From an uncultured Rhizobium sp. (GTDB lineage: Bacteria; Pseudomonadota; Alphaproteobacteria; Rickettsiales; UBA1997): a stretch of 64,000 nt of DNA. Location: positions 30,376-94,375 of the forward strand of contig CAYUSO010000005.1 of NCBI GenBank assembly GCA_964447395.1, given 5' to 3'. Made by a program: the position numbers and the translations under genes. Below the pieces are notes generated by a model, which saw only the letters and a list, made by a program, of their open reading frames with translations, was not told the origin of the DNA and ran no database searches. Below are positions 46,497-56,960 of this stretch, one piece after another (the stretch's first letter is position 1; each line of letters starts with the position of its first letter).

Positions 46497-47615
46497 ATGT
46501 TTTCCAAGCCTTTCAGCTTTGTTTTGGTTTATATCGTCACCGTTTTTAACATTGTGGTTTTGGCCTCGCCAGTTTTGGCCACAGCTATTCCGTTTATTGA
46601 TTTTAAAAGTAGTGTAATCGTTATCGATTACAGCACTTACTCGCATATCAAATTTGCCTTTTTGTTTCTCGCCTTTCTGGTGAGCTTCTTGATGCTGCTC
46701 TATTTGGTTCTTGATTTTCTTTTTGGTTTCTCGATGCGCGCCTCATTGAAAGGTTGCACGCGTTATGAAAAAATTAACGATTACGGTTTTCTTACCGATC
46801 TTTTTGATCAGGTGAAAAACAAATTTGGTGAAAAAAATGTGAAGCTTTACATCAAAAATTCTGACGAGATTAACGCTTTTGCCGTCAGCAGTTTGGGTGG
46901 TCGCGCTATTGTTCTAACTCGAGGATTGATCAATCATTATCTCGTTGAATGCCCTGATCCGAAAATGTTTTTATATGCTTTGCGCAGCGTTGTTGGTCAC
47001 GAAATGTCGCATTTGGTAAACAAAGATTTTCTTCCAGCTTTTCTCATCATCACCAACCAAAAAATCACCAACTTGGTTTCGAGTTTGATCTACATAATTT
47101 TTTCTCTAGTGATTCGTATCGCTAGCATGATTCCCTACGGCGGCAAGTCTTCGGCGCGCGTGATGTCTGATAGTTATTCGGTGCTGAATTTTGTAATCAC
47201 TTCTTTCAATCGTTTTGTGGTTTTTAACATTTACGAATTTTTGCGCCGCTTTATTTCGCGCTCAATCGAATATCGTTGCGACCGTCAATCAGCCAAAGCT
47301 TTTGGCGGACAGAACATGGCTCTAGCTTTGTCGATGTTGAGTGAAGGTGGATATTTTACGCTTTTCTCAACTCACCCACGAACAAAAGCGCGCATTAAAA
47401 AAGTTGAAAATGTGAAGATGCAAGATTCGGTGGTGCGCCCAGGATTTCTCGATTCTCTCGCCAATTATTTCTCTTTAATGTTTTTGATTGTCACTTGCCT
47501 CTACTTCGCGAAGCAGGCGCACGTTGATTTGCTATTGCGTGAATATTTGCGTAATCATGAAGCAATTCATCGCAAACTTTCAATTTTATTGCAGCTAGTC
47601 AGTAAATTTTTTTAG
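46497..47615 (+). CDS. M48-family zinc metallopeptidase (HtpX-like), membrane-bound
   Basis: HEMSH (HExxH) within VVGHEMSHLVNKD, several TM helices, and a downstream STHPRTKARI motif. Confidence 0.7.
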   Translation: MFSKPFSFVLVYIVTVFNIVVLASPVLATAIPFIDFKSSVIVIDYSTYSHIKFAFLFLAFLVSFLMLLYLVLDFLFGFSMRASLKGCTRYEKINDYGFLTDLFDQVKNKFGEKNVKLYIKNSDEINAFAVSSLGGRAIVLTRGLINHYLVECPDPKMFLYALRSVVGHEMSHLVNKDFLPAFLIITNQKITNLVSSLIYIIFSLVIRIASMIPYGGKSSARVMSDSYSVLNFVITSFNRFVVFNIYEFLRRFISRSIEYRCDRQSAKAFGGQNMALALSMLSEGGYFTLFSTHPRTKARIKKVENVKMQDSVVRPGFLDSLANYFSLMFLIVTCLYFAKQAHVDLLLREYLRNHEAIHRKLSILLQLVSKFF

Positions 47616-49367
47616 ATGAAAAATTTCTCAACACTTTCCGAAATAATATCGTTTCAAGCCAATAATTTCAAGAATCCGCGTGCTTTTAACTTTAAAGAAA
47701 ATGGCGTTTTAAAATCTTTTTCCAATCAAGAATTTTTGGAAAAAACTTTTCATTTTGCCTGCGGACTTCGTGAAATTGGTTTTAAAAAAACCCAAACTTT
47801 TGCTAACTATTCTTATCAAAATCCGATTTGGTTGATAGCTGATTTAGGCGCGATTTTAGCGGGCGCAGTCACGGTTCCGATTTTTCATAATATCGCCAAA
47901 GAAAATTTACTTTTTGAAATTTCTGACGCGGAAGTAAAATTTATTTTCACTGATAATCGTGAATTATTTGAGACGATAAAAAACGAAAATTTAAATGTTA
48001 AAATCATCACTTACGGTTTTAAAGCTGAAAATTCGATTAGCTTTGAAGACCTGATTTTACTGGGCAAGAAGGCTGCTGAGGAAAAAAAATATGATCTTGA
48101 AGCGCTGCAAAAAAATTCTCATCCACAAGATTTAGCTACAATAATTTATACTTCCGGAAGCACCGGAAGACCGAAGGGCGTTGAGCTCACGCATGAAAAT
48201 CTAATTTCACAAATTCATGATACGCAAAAATTTTTCCCGCTTAGAAGTGACGATGTAATTTTATCATTTCTGCCATTAGCCCATATTTTTGAACGTATGG
48301 TGATGATGTTTTATATTTCGCAAGGTGTGTCGATTTATTTTGCTGATGATGTAAAAAATGTTGGAAATATTTTACGAGAAATCCATCCAACCCTGATGAC
48401 AACGGTTCCGCGCCTGTTAGAAAAAGTTTTTGCCAAAATCGCAGAAGGGATCGATTCAGCAAATTTTATAAAAAAATTCTTAGGGCAAAAAGCTTTGCAA
48501 CGAGCTCTAACAAAAGATCCACAAGCATCAAAAAATCTCAGCGATAAAATTTTTGACGCATTAATTTACAAAAAATTTCGTATCGCTTTAGGTGGAAAAA
48601 TGCGCATGATCATTTGCGGTGGAGCCGCAATATCAGAGGAGTTAGAGCGTTTTTATTCTAACATCGGAATCAGTTTATTTTGCGGTTATGGTCTAACCGA
48701 AAGCTCGCCAGTTCTGGCGGCAAATTGTCCAGCAGCTTACAAAATTGGAACTGTCGGTAAAGCATTTCCTTCGGTTGAATTAAAAATTGCCGAAGATGGT
48801 GAATTGCTCGCACGCGGCCCAAACATTATGCGCGGCTATCGTAACCAAGCGCAAAAAACCGCAGAAACAATTCAAGACGGTTGGTTTAAAACTGGAGATT
48901 TGGCCGCAATCGATTCTGCGGGTTTTGTAAAAATTATTGGTCGCAAAAAAGAGCTCTTCAAAAACGCTAATGGTAAATATGTTTCTCCGGTTCCAATCGA
49001 GCAGCAACTAATGCAGGAACTCAGGTTTTTACTGGGCGCAATCGTTATTGCGGAGGGAAAAAAATTTACTTCGGCAATACTTTTTCCAGAGTTTGAATTG
49101 CTAAAAAAATTTAAAGAAAAATTTAATTTTTCTGGAAGCGATGAGGAGTTTTTAAAGTCAGAAATTTTACAAAAATTTACACAGGAAAAAGTTGATCAGA
49201 TCAATAAAAATCTAAATCATTGGGAACAAATTCAGAAATTTTATATCGCTCCGCAGCCAATAGGAATCGAGTCTGGCGAGATTACTCCTTCGATGAAATT
49301 AAAACGAAATGTGCTGGAGGAAAAATATCAAAATGAGATTGCAGAATTTTATCGCGATAAAATTTGA
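47616..49367 (+). CDS. Long-chain-fatty-acid--CoA ligase (AMP-binding enzyme)
   Basis: AMP-binding signature IIYTSGSTGRPKGV, GYGLTE, FKTGDL and a PSMKLKR-type C-terminal lysine. Confidence 0.85.
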   Translation: MKNFSTLSEIISFQANNFKNPRAFNFKENGVLKSFSNQEFLEKTFHFACGLREIGFKKTQTFANYSYQNPIWLIADLGAILAGAVTVPIFHNIAKENLLFEISDAEVKFIFTDNRELFETIKNENLNVKIITYGFKAENSISFEDLILLGKKAAEEKKYDLEALQKNSHPQDLATIIYTSGSTGRPKGVELTHENLISQIHDTQKFFPLRSDDVILSFLPLAHIFERMVMMFYISQGVSIYFADDVKNVGNILREIHPTLMTTVPRLLEKVFAKIAEGIDSANFIKKFLGQKALQRALTKDPQASKNLSDKIFDALIYKKFRIALGGKMRMIICGGAAISEELERFYSNIGISLFCGYGLTESSPVLAANCPAAYKIGTVGKAFPSVELKIAEDGELLARGPNIMRGYRNQAQKTAETIQDGWFKTGDLAAIDSAGFVKIIGRKKELFKNANGKYVSPVPIEQQLMQELRFLLGAIVIAEGKKFTSAILFPEFELLKKFKEKFNFSGSDEEFLKSEILQKFTQEKVDQINKNLNHWEQIQKFYIAPQPIGIESGEITPSMKLKRNVLEEKYQNEIAEFYRDKI

Positions 49368-50599
49368 AAGACGGAATCGGTGATTTTTTTTAGCTCAGTT
49401 TTTTTGATGATTAGCGGCGGCATGATATAAATGCAGTTGCCGAAAGGCCTAAGAAAAATTTGATTAGAAATAAATTTCTTACGTAGATCGATAATTTTTT
49501 TGAAGTCAGATTTTATCTCGACCACACCAACAGCACCAAGCACGCGAACTTCTATCACATCTTTTAGATTCTGACATTTTTTTAGCTCGTTTTTAAGAAT
49601 TTTTTCAATTTCTAAAACTTTTTTCTGGTAATTTCCTTTTTCAAATAAATCGAGCGAAGCGTTCGCGGCGGCGCAGGCAAGAGGATTTCCCATAAAAGTT
49701 GGGCCGTGCATTAAAGCGGAATCAAGGGAATTTCCTAAAAATTTTTCGAAGATTTTTTTGGAAGTTAAGGTGGCGGCGAGCGTTGTCATTCCTCCGGTGA
49801 GAGCCTTTCCCAAAATTAAAATATCCGGCGTGATTTTGGCGTGATCGCAAGCGAATTTTTTTCCAGTGCGATAAAATCCAACAGCGCATTCATCGGCGAT
49901 GAAAAGTACATCATGCTTTTTGGCGATCAGAAAAATTTCGTGTAAAATTTTCGGATCATGAAAAATCATGCCGCCAGCGCACTGTACAAGCGGCTCGATA
50001 AAAATTCCGGCGAGGATCTTTTTATTTTTCATTACGAAGCTCTCAAATTTTTTCAGATCGTTTTTATTTTTTGGCAAATCAAGTGAGAAATTTTTCAGCA
50101 AAATTTTCTGAAATTTTTTATGCATTCCAGAATTTAAATCGGCGAGAGACATTGCACCTGTAGTGTCGCCGTGATATGAATTTTTGAATGAAATGAATTT
50201 GGTTTTATTCTTTTCGCCGCAATTTATGTGAAATTGCCAAGCCATTTTCATCGCCACTTCAACAGCAGTTGAGCCAGAATCGGAGAAGAAAACACGATCC
50301 ATGCCTGAGAATTTGCAGAGGCGATGAGCCAGCTTGTATGTTGGCTCGGTAGCAAATCCGGCTAGCATTACATGCGATAATTTTTTTGCTTGTTTAGTGA
50401 TTTCAGAAATGAGGTGAGGGTGGTTATAGCCATGTGCTACCGACCACCAAGAGGCAATTCCATCAAGCAAAACGCGACCATCTTTAAGAAAAATTTCTGC
50501 GCCTTTTGCCGACTCGATTTCCAACTGAGGCAGATGATTTTGCATTTGTGTGTAGGGCAACCAAATGTGATCGGATCCAAGAAGGACGTGCTTGCTCAT
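49349..50599 (-). CDS. bioA: Adenosylmethionine-8-amino-7-oxononanoate aminotransferase
   Basis: IWLPYTQM, SWWSVAHGYNHP, FFSDSGSTAVE, ADECAVGFYRTG, and GKALTGG (PLP lysine). Confidence 0.9.
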   Translation of the reverse strand: MSKHVLLGSDHIWLPYTQMQNHLPQLEIESAKGAEIFLKDGRVLLDGIASWWSVAHGYNHPHLISEITKQAKKLSHVMLAGFATEPTYKLAHRLCKFSGMDRVFFSDSGSTAVEVAMKMAWQFHINCGEKNKTKFISFKNSYHGDTTGAMSLADLNSGMHKKFQKILLKNFSLDLPKNKNDLKKFESFVMKNKKILAGIFIEPLVQCAGGMIFHDPKILHEIFLIAKKHDVLFIADECAVGFYRTGKKFACDHAKITPDILILGKALTGGMTTLAATLTSKKIFEKFLGNSLDSALMHGPTFMGNPLACAAANASLDLFEKGNYQKKVLEIEKILKNELKKCQNLKDVIEVRVLGAVGVVEIKSDFKKIIDLRKKFISNQIFLRPFGNCIYIMPPLIIKKTELKKITDSVFQILSR

Positions 50600-50600
50600 G

Positions 50601-51320
50601 TTATTCCTTTTCAGCTAACTTGGTCCAGTAATTTTCTGGAAAACGTATCGATAAATGCTTTTTGGCTTTCTCTGCTTCTTCTGTTATTCCTAATTTTTGA
50701 TAAATTTCTGTGAGACGAAAATAAGCTTCCGGCACTTGTTTGGTTTGACGATAGCGCGATACGACTTCGCTAAAATTCTCAATCGCACCAACAAAATTTT
50801 GTGATTGAATTTCGTAACGACCAATTGACATTTTTGCGCCAGCCAGATGTTCATCGATGAAAACCAGCTTCTCTCTAGCATCCGCAGCATAGTCAGTTTC
50901 TGAAAAACGCGCCGCTAATTCACGAAAAGTGAAAGAAGCTTGCTGCGTGTTATCTTGCGCGCGCTCGATCGTTGGAATGCGATTGTAGTAGCCGAGCCCT
51001 TTCATGTAGATGACATATGGAACATATTCGCTGTTTGGATTAAGGCGCAAAAAATCATCGGCATTTTGTGTCATTTTGTCGTAATCTTCGTCTTTGTAGC
51101 GTGCGTAAACAGACATTACTTGGCCCTTCATAGCCCATCTTGAGAAAGGAAACTCATCATCAATTTTTTCAAAATTATCTGCCGCTTCAGAATAGTTTTT
51201 ATCCTTCAAAAGCTTCATTGCTTTAGTGTAAGAAATTTCAGCGTTGCTTTGTTCGTCTTTCTTCTTTGAGCAAGAGAAGAGTAGGGTTGATAGCAGAAGA
51301 AAAAGTAGAATTTTTTTCAT
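50601..51320 (-). CDS. bamD: Outer membrane protein assembly factor BamD
   Basis: Lipobox LLFSCSK, TPR-like repeats, and YxxA-type helices typical of BamD/ComL. 239 aa. Confidence 0.8.
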   Translation of the reverse strand: MKKILLFLLLSTLLFSCSKKKDEQSNAEISYTKAMKLLKDKNYSEAADNFEKIDDEFPFSRWAMKGQVMSVYARYKDEDYDKMTQNADDFLRLNPNSEYVPYVIYMKGLGYYNRIPTIERAQDNTQQASFTFRELAARFSETDYAADAREKLVFIDEHLAGAKMSIGRYEIQSQNFVGAIENFSEVVSRYRQTKQVPEAYFRLTEIYQKLGITEEAEKAKKHLSIRFPENYWTKLAEKE

Positions 51321-52624
51321 TATTTTCGAATGTCGATACTTAGTTTATGCGCGTCCAATCCTTCGCACTCAGCCAGAACTGACGTAGCTTCAGCAAGGTT
51401 GGTGAAAGATTTTTTATCGCAAGAAATTAGCGAAATTCTTTTAAGAAAATCAAAAACAGAAAGTCCACTGGAGAATTTTGCCGAAGCCGATGTGGGTAAG
51501 GTGTGGCTTGGGCCGGCCATGTAATCACCGATGGCTTCAGGAGTGTAATTTCCTAAAAAAATTGCTCCGGCATTTTTTATTTTTGGCAGAAATTTCTGCG
51601 GATTTTTTGTCACAATTTGCAAATGTTCTGGTGCGATAAAATTGCTGATATGCGTGGCATCATCGAGATTTTTAATAACAAAAATTGCCGAGTTTTTCAG
51701 TGATTCTTGGATGATTTTTTGGCGCGGTAATTTTTTTTGCAAAAGCAAAATTGCTGCCGAAATTTTTAGAGCAAAATTTTCATCATCGGTGATGATAAAT
51801 GCTTTTGAATCATGACCATGCTCAAGCTGCGAGAGCGCGTCAGCAGCGATCCAATCGGGATCGTTATTTTTATCGGTGATGATTGTCACATCAGTTGGGC
51901 CAGCGATCATATCAATTCCAACTTCACCAAAAAGAATTTTTTTAGCAGCGGCAACAAACGAGTTTCCTGGTCCAACGATTTTATTTACTTTGGAAACAGT
52001 TTCAGTTCCGTAGGCGAGAGCACTAATTGCCTGCGCTCCGCCGATTTTATAAATTTTATTTATGCCGCAGATTTTGGCGGCGAATAAAACTGCGGGGTTG
52101 ATCTTTCCGCCAGAGCTTGGAGCGCAAATAGAAATTTCTTTGACTCCGGCAACCAAAGCCGGCACAGCAGACATCAGCACTGAGCTTGGATAGGAGGCGG
52201 TTCCACCCGGGACGTAAATTCCAATCGATTCAATGGCGCGCCAATGATTTCCTAGCTCAACGCCACTTTTATCTTTAAAGGTAAAGTCTTTTGGCAGCTG
52301 TTTTTCGTGATAAGATTTAATGCGTTGAAAGGCTGTTTCTAAGGCTTGACGAACTTTTGGATTAAGCGATTTCTCGGCGGCAATAATTTCTTTTGATGAA
52401 GCTAGAAAATCTTGCGCCTTTTTAAATTTGGTTTTGTCGAATTTATTGGAATAAGAAATCAGCGCTTTGTCGCCGTTTTTTTTCACATCAGAAATTATTT
52501 TTTTTGCAATTTTTTCAGCATTAGAATCAGTTTTCTGCGATTGATGAATAAATTTATAGAAGCTTGATTTCTCTAGCTTTACGAGATTGGGAGAGATCTG
52601 GTTTTTAATTAAAAAAATTTGCAT
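51320..52624 (-). CDS. hisD: Histidinol dehydrogenase
   Basis: GIYVPGGTASYPSSVLM, AGPTDV, LSQLEHG and IAPEHL. The stop overlaps the bamD ATG (TAATG). Confidence 0.93.
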   Translation of the reverse strand: MQIFLIKNQISPNLVKLEKSSFYKFIHQSQKTDSNAEKIAKKIISDVKKNGDKALISYSNKFDKTKFKKAQDFLASSKEIIAAEKSLNPKVRQALETAFQRIKSYHEKQLPKDFTFKDKSGVELGNHWRAIESIGIYVPGGTASYPSSVLMSAVPALVAGVKEISICAPSSGGKINPAVLFAAKICGINKIYKIGGAQAISALAYGTETVSKVNKIVGPGNSFVAAAKKILFGEVGIDMIAGPTDVTIITDKNNDPDWIAADALSQLEHGHDSKAFIITDDENFALKISAAILLLQKKLPRQKIIQESLKNSAIFVIKNLDDATHISNFIAPEHLQIVTKNPQKFLPKIKNAGAIFLGNYTPEAIGDYMAGPSHTLPTSASAKFSSGLSVFDFLKRISLISCDKKSFTNLAEATSVLAECEGLDAHKLSIDIRK

Positions 52625-52638
52625 TTTTGGAAGGTAAT

Positions 52639-53157
52639 CTAGTCAGAAATTTCTACTTTTTGATCGATTTTAATTCCCATTTTTCGGGCCAATCCGCCGT
52701 TAATTTCTAAAACTTTTTTTGCCTCTTTTTCCGAAGAAATTACCTCGAGAGAGTAGGGTTCGGCATCATTTTTGATTGATACGATTTTGTCATTGGCATC
52801 GATAAAAATCATGTCGAGGGGAATGCGAGTATGCTTCATCCACATAGTAATGACGCGGCTAGTGAAGAAAGGAAAAAGCATTCCTTGATCTTGCGGAAGG
52901 CGGTCTAAATTCATAAAGCCGTACATTTTTTTATGATCATCGTCGGCAATGGCGATTTTAAACTCGGCAATTTTATCATCGTCTTTGTTAAAGATTTGTA
53001 ATTTTGCGTTGTAGTTTTTGGGATCGCGATTAAATTCCAAAATCTCTTTCGCATCAATAGAATTAAAGCTTCGCAGGGTTATGAAAATTATTGATGCAAC
53101 AATCAATGCAGCAAAAGTGAAACGTTTTTTATCTAGCTCAATATCGAATATTCTCAT
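52639..53157 (-). CDS. DUF192-domain protein
   Basis: Start revised to [28 protein letters not shown] (signal/anchor). DUF192-like core GMLFPF...MWMKHTRIPLDMIFID...VLEINGG. Confidence 0.65.
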   Translation of the reverse strand: MRIFDIELDKKRFTFAALIVASIIFITLRSFNSIDAKEILEFNRDPKNYNAKLQIFNKDDDKIAEFKIAIADDDHKKMYGFMNLDRLPQDQGMLFPFFTSRVITMWMKHTRIPLDMIFIDANDKIVSIKNDAEPYSLEVISSEKEAKKVLEINGGLARKMGIKIDQKVEISD

Positions 53158-53719
53158 GGTTTTGTGCTGTGAAATTTTGTTTCTTGATAGTGCCGTTGCG
53201 GCTGGAAAATCAAGGCTCGAAACCTCTGATTCGCCAGCCAGAATAAGATCTGACATCATCGACATCAAGCGAAAATCTCAAACCATAAATTTTCTGCAAA
53301 ACGTTGTCGTAGAGAAGGATGACAGCTCCCTGCTTGCTCAAAAAATGACAGTTTTTTATGTGCAAAATAAAAAATCTTCGCAGGGTGAGAAGACCCAAAT
53401 CAAGCGGATCGAAGCTAGTGATAACGTAAAAATTTTCAGCGAAGAATTTGTTGGCAGCGGCGATTCAGGTTTTTACGATCCATCGCAAAATGTTTTTGTT
53501 TTGGAAAAAAATGTCATCATCAATAACGGCACATCAATTGCCAGCGGCGGAAAATTTGTTTACGATATTACAACAAAAAAAGGTCATTTCGTTGGCAAAA
53601 AAAATGAAACTTCAATTGCAGGAAATGGCGGCGATAAGCGCGTTGTTGTAGTAATTGGCGACGATATTTCTGAGCAGAAGAGTCAGCGAAAAAAAATAAA
53701 AAAACAGCATGAGCGATAA
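53156..53719 (+). CDS. lptA: Lipopolysaccharide transport periplasmic protein LptA (OstA N-terminal family); start uncertain (alternative ATG at 53081)
   Basis: OstA-like beta-jellyroll repeats ([48 protein letters not shown]). It lies immediately upstream of lptB with an 11-nt overlap. Confidence 0.6.
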   Translation: MVLCCEILFLDSAVAAGKSRLETSDSPARIRSDIIDIKRKSQTINFLQNVVVEKDDSSLLAQKMTVFYVQNKKSSQGEKTQIKRIEASDNVKIFSEEFVGSGDSGFYDPSQNVFVLEKNVIINNGTSIASGGKFVYDITTKKGHFVGKKNETSIAGNGGDKRVVVVIGDDISEQKSQRKKIKKQHER

Positions 53720-54437
53720 AATTCTGAGCGTAAAAAATTTAAGAAAATCTTACGGCAAAAAATCGGTGATTCGCGATATTAGCCTCGAGATAAAACAAGG
53801 AGAAGTCGTTGGGCTTCTAGGTCCAAACGGTGCAGGAAAAACCACCTGTTTCTACATGATTGTTGGTTTGGTTGAGGCAAGTGCGGGAAATATTTTTATC
53901 GATTCGCTTGATATAACTAACATGCCAATCTATCAGCGCGCTCGTTTGGGGCTTGGTTATTTGCCGCAGGAAGCTTCAATTTTTCGTGGCATGAATGTTG
54001 AAGATAACATTTACTCCATCCTTGAAATTACTGAGGCAAACGAAACGAAACGCAAAGAAAAACTGGAAGAATTGTTGAGGGAATTTTCGATTACTCACAT
54101 TCGGAAATCTCACGCTCTATCTCTTTCTGGTGGTGAAAGAAGAAGGGTTGAAATCGCGCGTGCTCTAGCCACCAATCCTTCATTTATCTTGCTCGATGAA
54201 CCTTTTGCTGGCGTTGATCCAATTGCCGTAAATGACATCCGTCAAATGGTGATGCATTTGAAAGATCGCGGAATTGGTGTTTTAATTACTGATCACAATG
54301 TGCGCGAAACCTTATCAATCGTGGATCGCGCCTATATTGTTTACGATGGTATGATTCTTACTTCTGGAACAAAAGAGCAAATTATCAGGCATGATGAAGT
54401 GCGTAAAGTCTATCTCGGTGAGGATTTTAAATTTTAA
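53709..54437 (+). CDS. lptB: LPS export ABC transporter ATP-binding protein
   Basis: Walker [10 protein letters not shown], signature [15 protein letters not shown], Walker [13 protein letters not shown]. Confidence 0.93.
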   Translation: MSDKILSVKNLRKSYGKKSVIRDISLEIKQGEVVGLLGPNGAGKTTCFYMIVGLVEASAGNIFIDSLDITNMPIYQRARLGLGYLPQEASIFRGMNVEDNIYSILEITEANETKRKEKLEELLREFSITHIRKSHALSLSGGERRRVEIARALATNPSFILLDEPFAGVDPIAVNDIRQMVMHLKDRGIGVLITDHNVRETLSIVDRAYIVYDGMILTSGTKEQIIRHDEVRKVYLGEDFKF

Positions 54438-54440
54438 TTT

Positions 54441-55622
54441 GTGATCAAAAAATCCTTTAAAACATTCTTTAAATCAGAAATTGCCATCGGAGTTTCTCTC
54501 CTGATCGCAACCGCTATTGCGATGATTGTTGCTAATTCTGAAGGTTATCAAACATATCGTAATTTTTTTCTCATAAATCTACCTCTTAGCCTTGATTTTA
54601 TTGGTATTCACAAGGATTTAACTTTTCTTGACTGGGTTAATGATGCTTTGATGGCGGTGTTTTTTTTGCTAGTTGGTCTGGAATTAAAGCGTGAAATTTT
54701 GGTTGGCGAACTTTCGAGCAGGAGCAAAATAATTCTGCCAATAATTGCTGCTTTTGGTGGCGTAATTTTTCCTTTGTTAATTTTTTCTTTTTTTAATTTT
54801 GACAATCCGGAGAACATGCGCGGATTTGCAGTTCCAACCGCGACAGACATAGCTTTTGCCTATGGTATGATTTCACTTTTTGGCAAAAAAATTTCTAATT
54901 CTCTCAAAGTTTTCTTGGTTGCTCTTGCGGTTCTTGATGATCTCGTTGCGATTTTATTTATCGCATTTTTTTACTCACAAAATGTCAATTTTGGTTATTT
55001 GATTCTTGCAACAATTGTGCTTTTTGGACTGGCCTTACTGAACATAAAAAACTCCAGAAATATTTCTCTCTATCTGGTTTTAGGAGTTTTTTTGTGGTTG
55101 ATGGTTCTAAAATCAGGAATTCATGCAACCTTGTCTGGCGTGCTTCTAGCGCTATTCATTCCGCTTAAAATAAAAAATGAATCTCTGCTTTCTAGTCTCG
55201 CTCATAAAATTGCTCCGGTGGTAAATTTTTTAATTTTACCAATTTTTGCTTTTGCCAATTCCGGTGTTCGTATTGAAAAATTTTCTGCAGAAATTTTTTC
55301 ACAACCTTTGGTTTTGGGAATCGTTTGCGGATTATTTTTTGGCAAACAAATCGGTGTTATGTTGTTCAGCTTTATTGCTATAAAATTAAAAATTGCACAT
55401 CTGCCGCGCGGTACGGATTGGTTTGAATTTTATGGCGCTGCAATTCTTACTGGCATTGGCTTCACCATGAGTCTCTTTATCGGATCGTTAGCTTTTTTTG
55501 GGAAAGATTTTGTTCTTGATGAGGTGAAAATAGCTATTCTTCTAGGCTCTTTCTGTTCAGCAATTTTTGGAATTTTTGTTATTTACTTGTCAACGCGTCG
55601 CAGATTTGACAGAGGCTATTAA
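54441..55622 (+). CDS. nhaA: Na+/H+ antiporter NhaA
   Basis: GTG start. WVNDALMAVFFLLVGLELKRE and AVLDDLVAI (the DD pair), about 12 TM segments. Confidence 0.9.
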   Translation: MIKKSFKTFFKSEIAIGVSLLIATAIAMIVANSEGYQTYRNFFLINLPLSLDFIGIHKDLTFLDWVNDALMAVFFLLVGLELKREILVGELSSRSKIILPIIAAFGGVIFPLLIFSFFNFDNPENMRGFAVPTATDIAFAYGMISLFGKKISNSLKVFLVALAVLDDLVAILFIAFFYSQNVNFGYLILATIVLFGLALLNIKNSRNISLYLVLGVFLWLMVLKSGIHATLSGVLLALFIPLKIKNESLLSSLAHKIAPVVNFLILPIFAFANSGVRIEKFSAEIFSQPLVLGIVCGLFFGKQIGVMLFSFIAIKLKIAHLPRGTDWFEFYGAAILTGIGFTMSLFIGSLAFFGKDFVLDEVKIAILLGSFCSAIFGIFVIYLSTRRRFDRGY

Positions 55623-56956
55623 CCAATTTTTTGCGCGATTTCTTCGGCAATTTTTTTGATCTCATCGTAATCTTTTCCTTCAACCATCACGCGAATTAAA
55701 TTTTCTGTTCCTGATTTTCTAACCAGCACACGGCCCGCATTGCCAAGCTCTCGCGACTTTTCCTCAATAAAATTTTGCAGCGATTTTTCTTCGAGAGGAT
55801 TTTTTTTGCCGTCGAATTTTACGTTGCGCAGAATCTGCGGGAAAGATTCGTAAAGATTTAAAACTTCGCTCGTTGGTTTTTTTGCATCGCAAATAACTGA
55901 TAAAACTTGCAGTGCTGCAACTAGTCCATCTCCTGTTGTAGAGTAGTCGGAAAGCACAATATGTCCGGATTGTTCGCCGCCAAAATTGCATCCCAATTTT
56001 TTCATTTCTTCGAGAACGTAGCGATCACCAACTTGTGTGCGAATCGTTGAAACGCCGATATAACTCAAATAATTTTCCAGCGCTAAATTGGACATTTGCG
56101 TGATGACCACGGTGTCTTTTTTCAACTCGCCGCGATTGTGAAGTTTTTCCGCGATCAGCGCTATAACTTTGTCTCCAGCGACTGCGTGGCCTTGCTCATT
56201 CACAACTAAAAGTCGATCAGCATCGCCATCGAGCGCAATTCCGATGTCAGCTTTTTCTTCCAAAACTTTTTTGCAGATAGTTTCAGGAAAAGTTGAGCCG
56301 CATTTTTCGTTGATGTTGAAGCCGTTTGGTTCAGTGCCGATTTCGATTACTTCAGCGCCGAGTTCTTTGAAAATCGTTGGCGCCATTGAGTAGGAAGCGC
56401 CGTTAGCGCAATCGACGACGATCTTCAAACCAGTTAAAGTTTTATCTTTTGGGAAAGAATTTTTGACGAATTCGATATAACGGCCGCGCGCATCTTCGAG
56501 TCTTTTTACGCGTCCGAGATTATCCGCTTGAGCTAGAAATGGCGTGATGTCTCCCTCGATCAAGGCTTCAATTTCTGCTTCCAATTTGTCGGAAAGTTTA
56601 TGGCCGTCGCGGTTGAAAATTTTAATTCCGTTATCGTGGTAAGGATTGTGCGAGGCGGAAATCATGATGCCAATATCGGCGCGCAAAGATTTCGTGAGCA
56701 TTGAAACCGCCGGAGTTGGAACAGGTCCAACCAAAAATACATCCATACCAACAGCGGCAAAACCAGCGGTGAGGGCGGGTTCGATAACATAGCCGGAGAG
56801 ACGCGTATCTTTGCCGATGACGACGCGATGACGATGATCTCCATCAGTAAATTTTGCGCCAACTGCCATACCAACCCGCAGAGCAATTTCTGCAGTCATT
56901 GGAAATTTATTAGCCGTGCCGCGAATGCCGTCAGTGCCGAAATATTTTTTGGTCAT
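55619..56956 (-). CDS. glmM: Phosphoglucosamine mutase
   Basis: YFGTDGIRG, ISASHNPYHDNGIK, DGDADR and GGEQSGH. Confidence 0.93.
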   Translation of the reverse strand: MTKKYFGTDGIRGTANKFPMTAEIALRVGMAVGAKFTDGDHRHRVVIGKDTRLSGYVIEPALTAGFAAVGMDVFLVGPVPTPAVSMLTKSLRADIGIMISASHNPYHDNGIKIFNRDGHKLSDKLEAEIEALIEGDITPFLAQADNLGRVKRLEDARGRYIEFVKNSFPKDKTLTGLKIVVDCANGASYSMAPTIFKELGAEVIEIGTEPNGFNINEKCGSTFPETICKKVLEEKADIGIALDGDADRLLVVNEQGHAVAGDKVIALIAEKLHNRGELKKDTVVITQMSNLALENYLSYIGVSTIRTQVGDRYVLEEMKKLGCNFGGEQSGHIVLSDYSTTGDGLVAALQVLSVICDAKKPTSEVLNLYESFPQILRNVKFDGKKNPLEEKSLQNFIEEKSRELGNAGRVLVRKSGTENLIRVMVEGKDYDEIKKIAEEIAQKIG

Positions 56957-56960
56957 AAGG

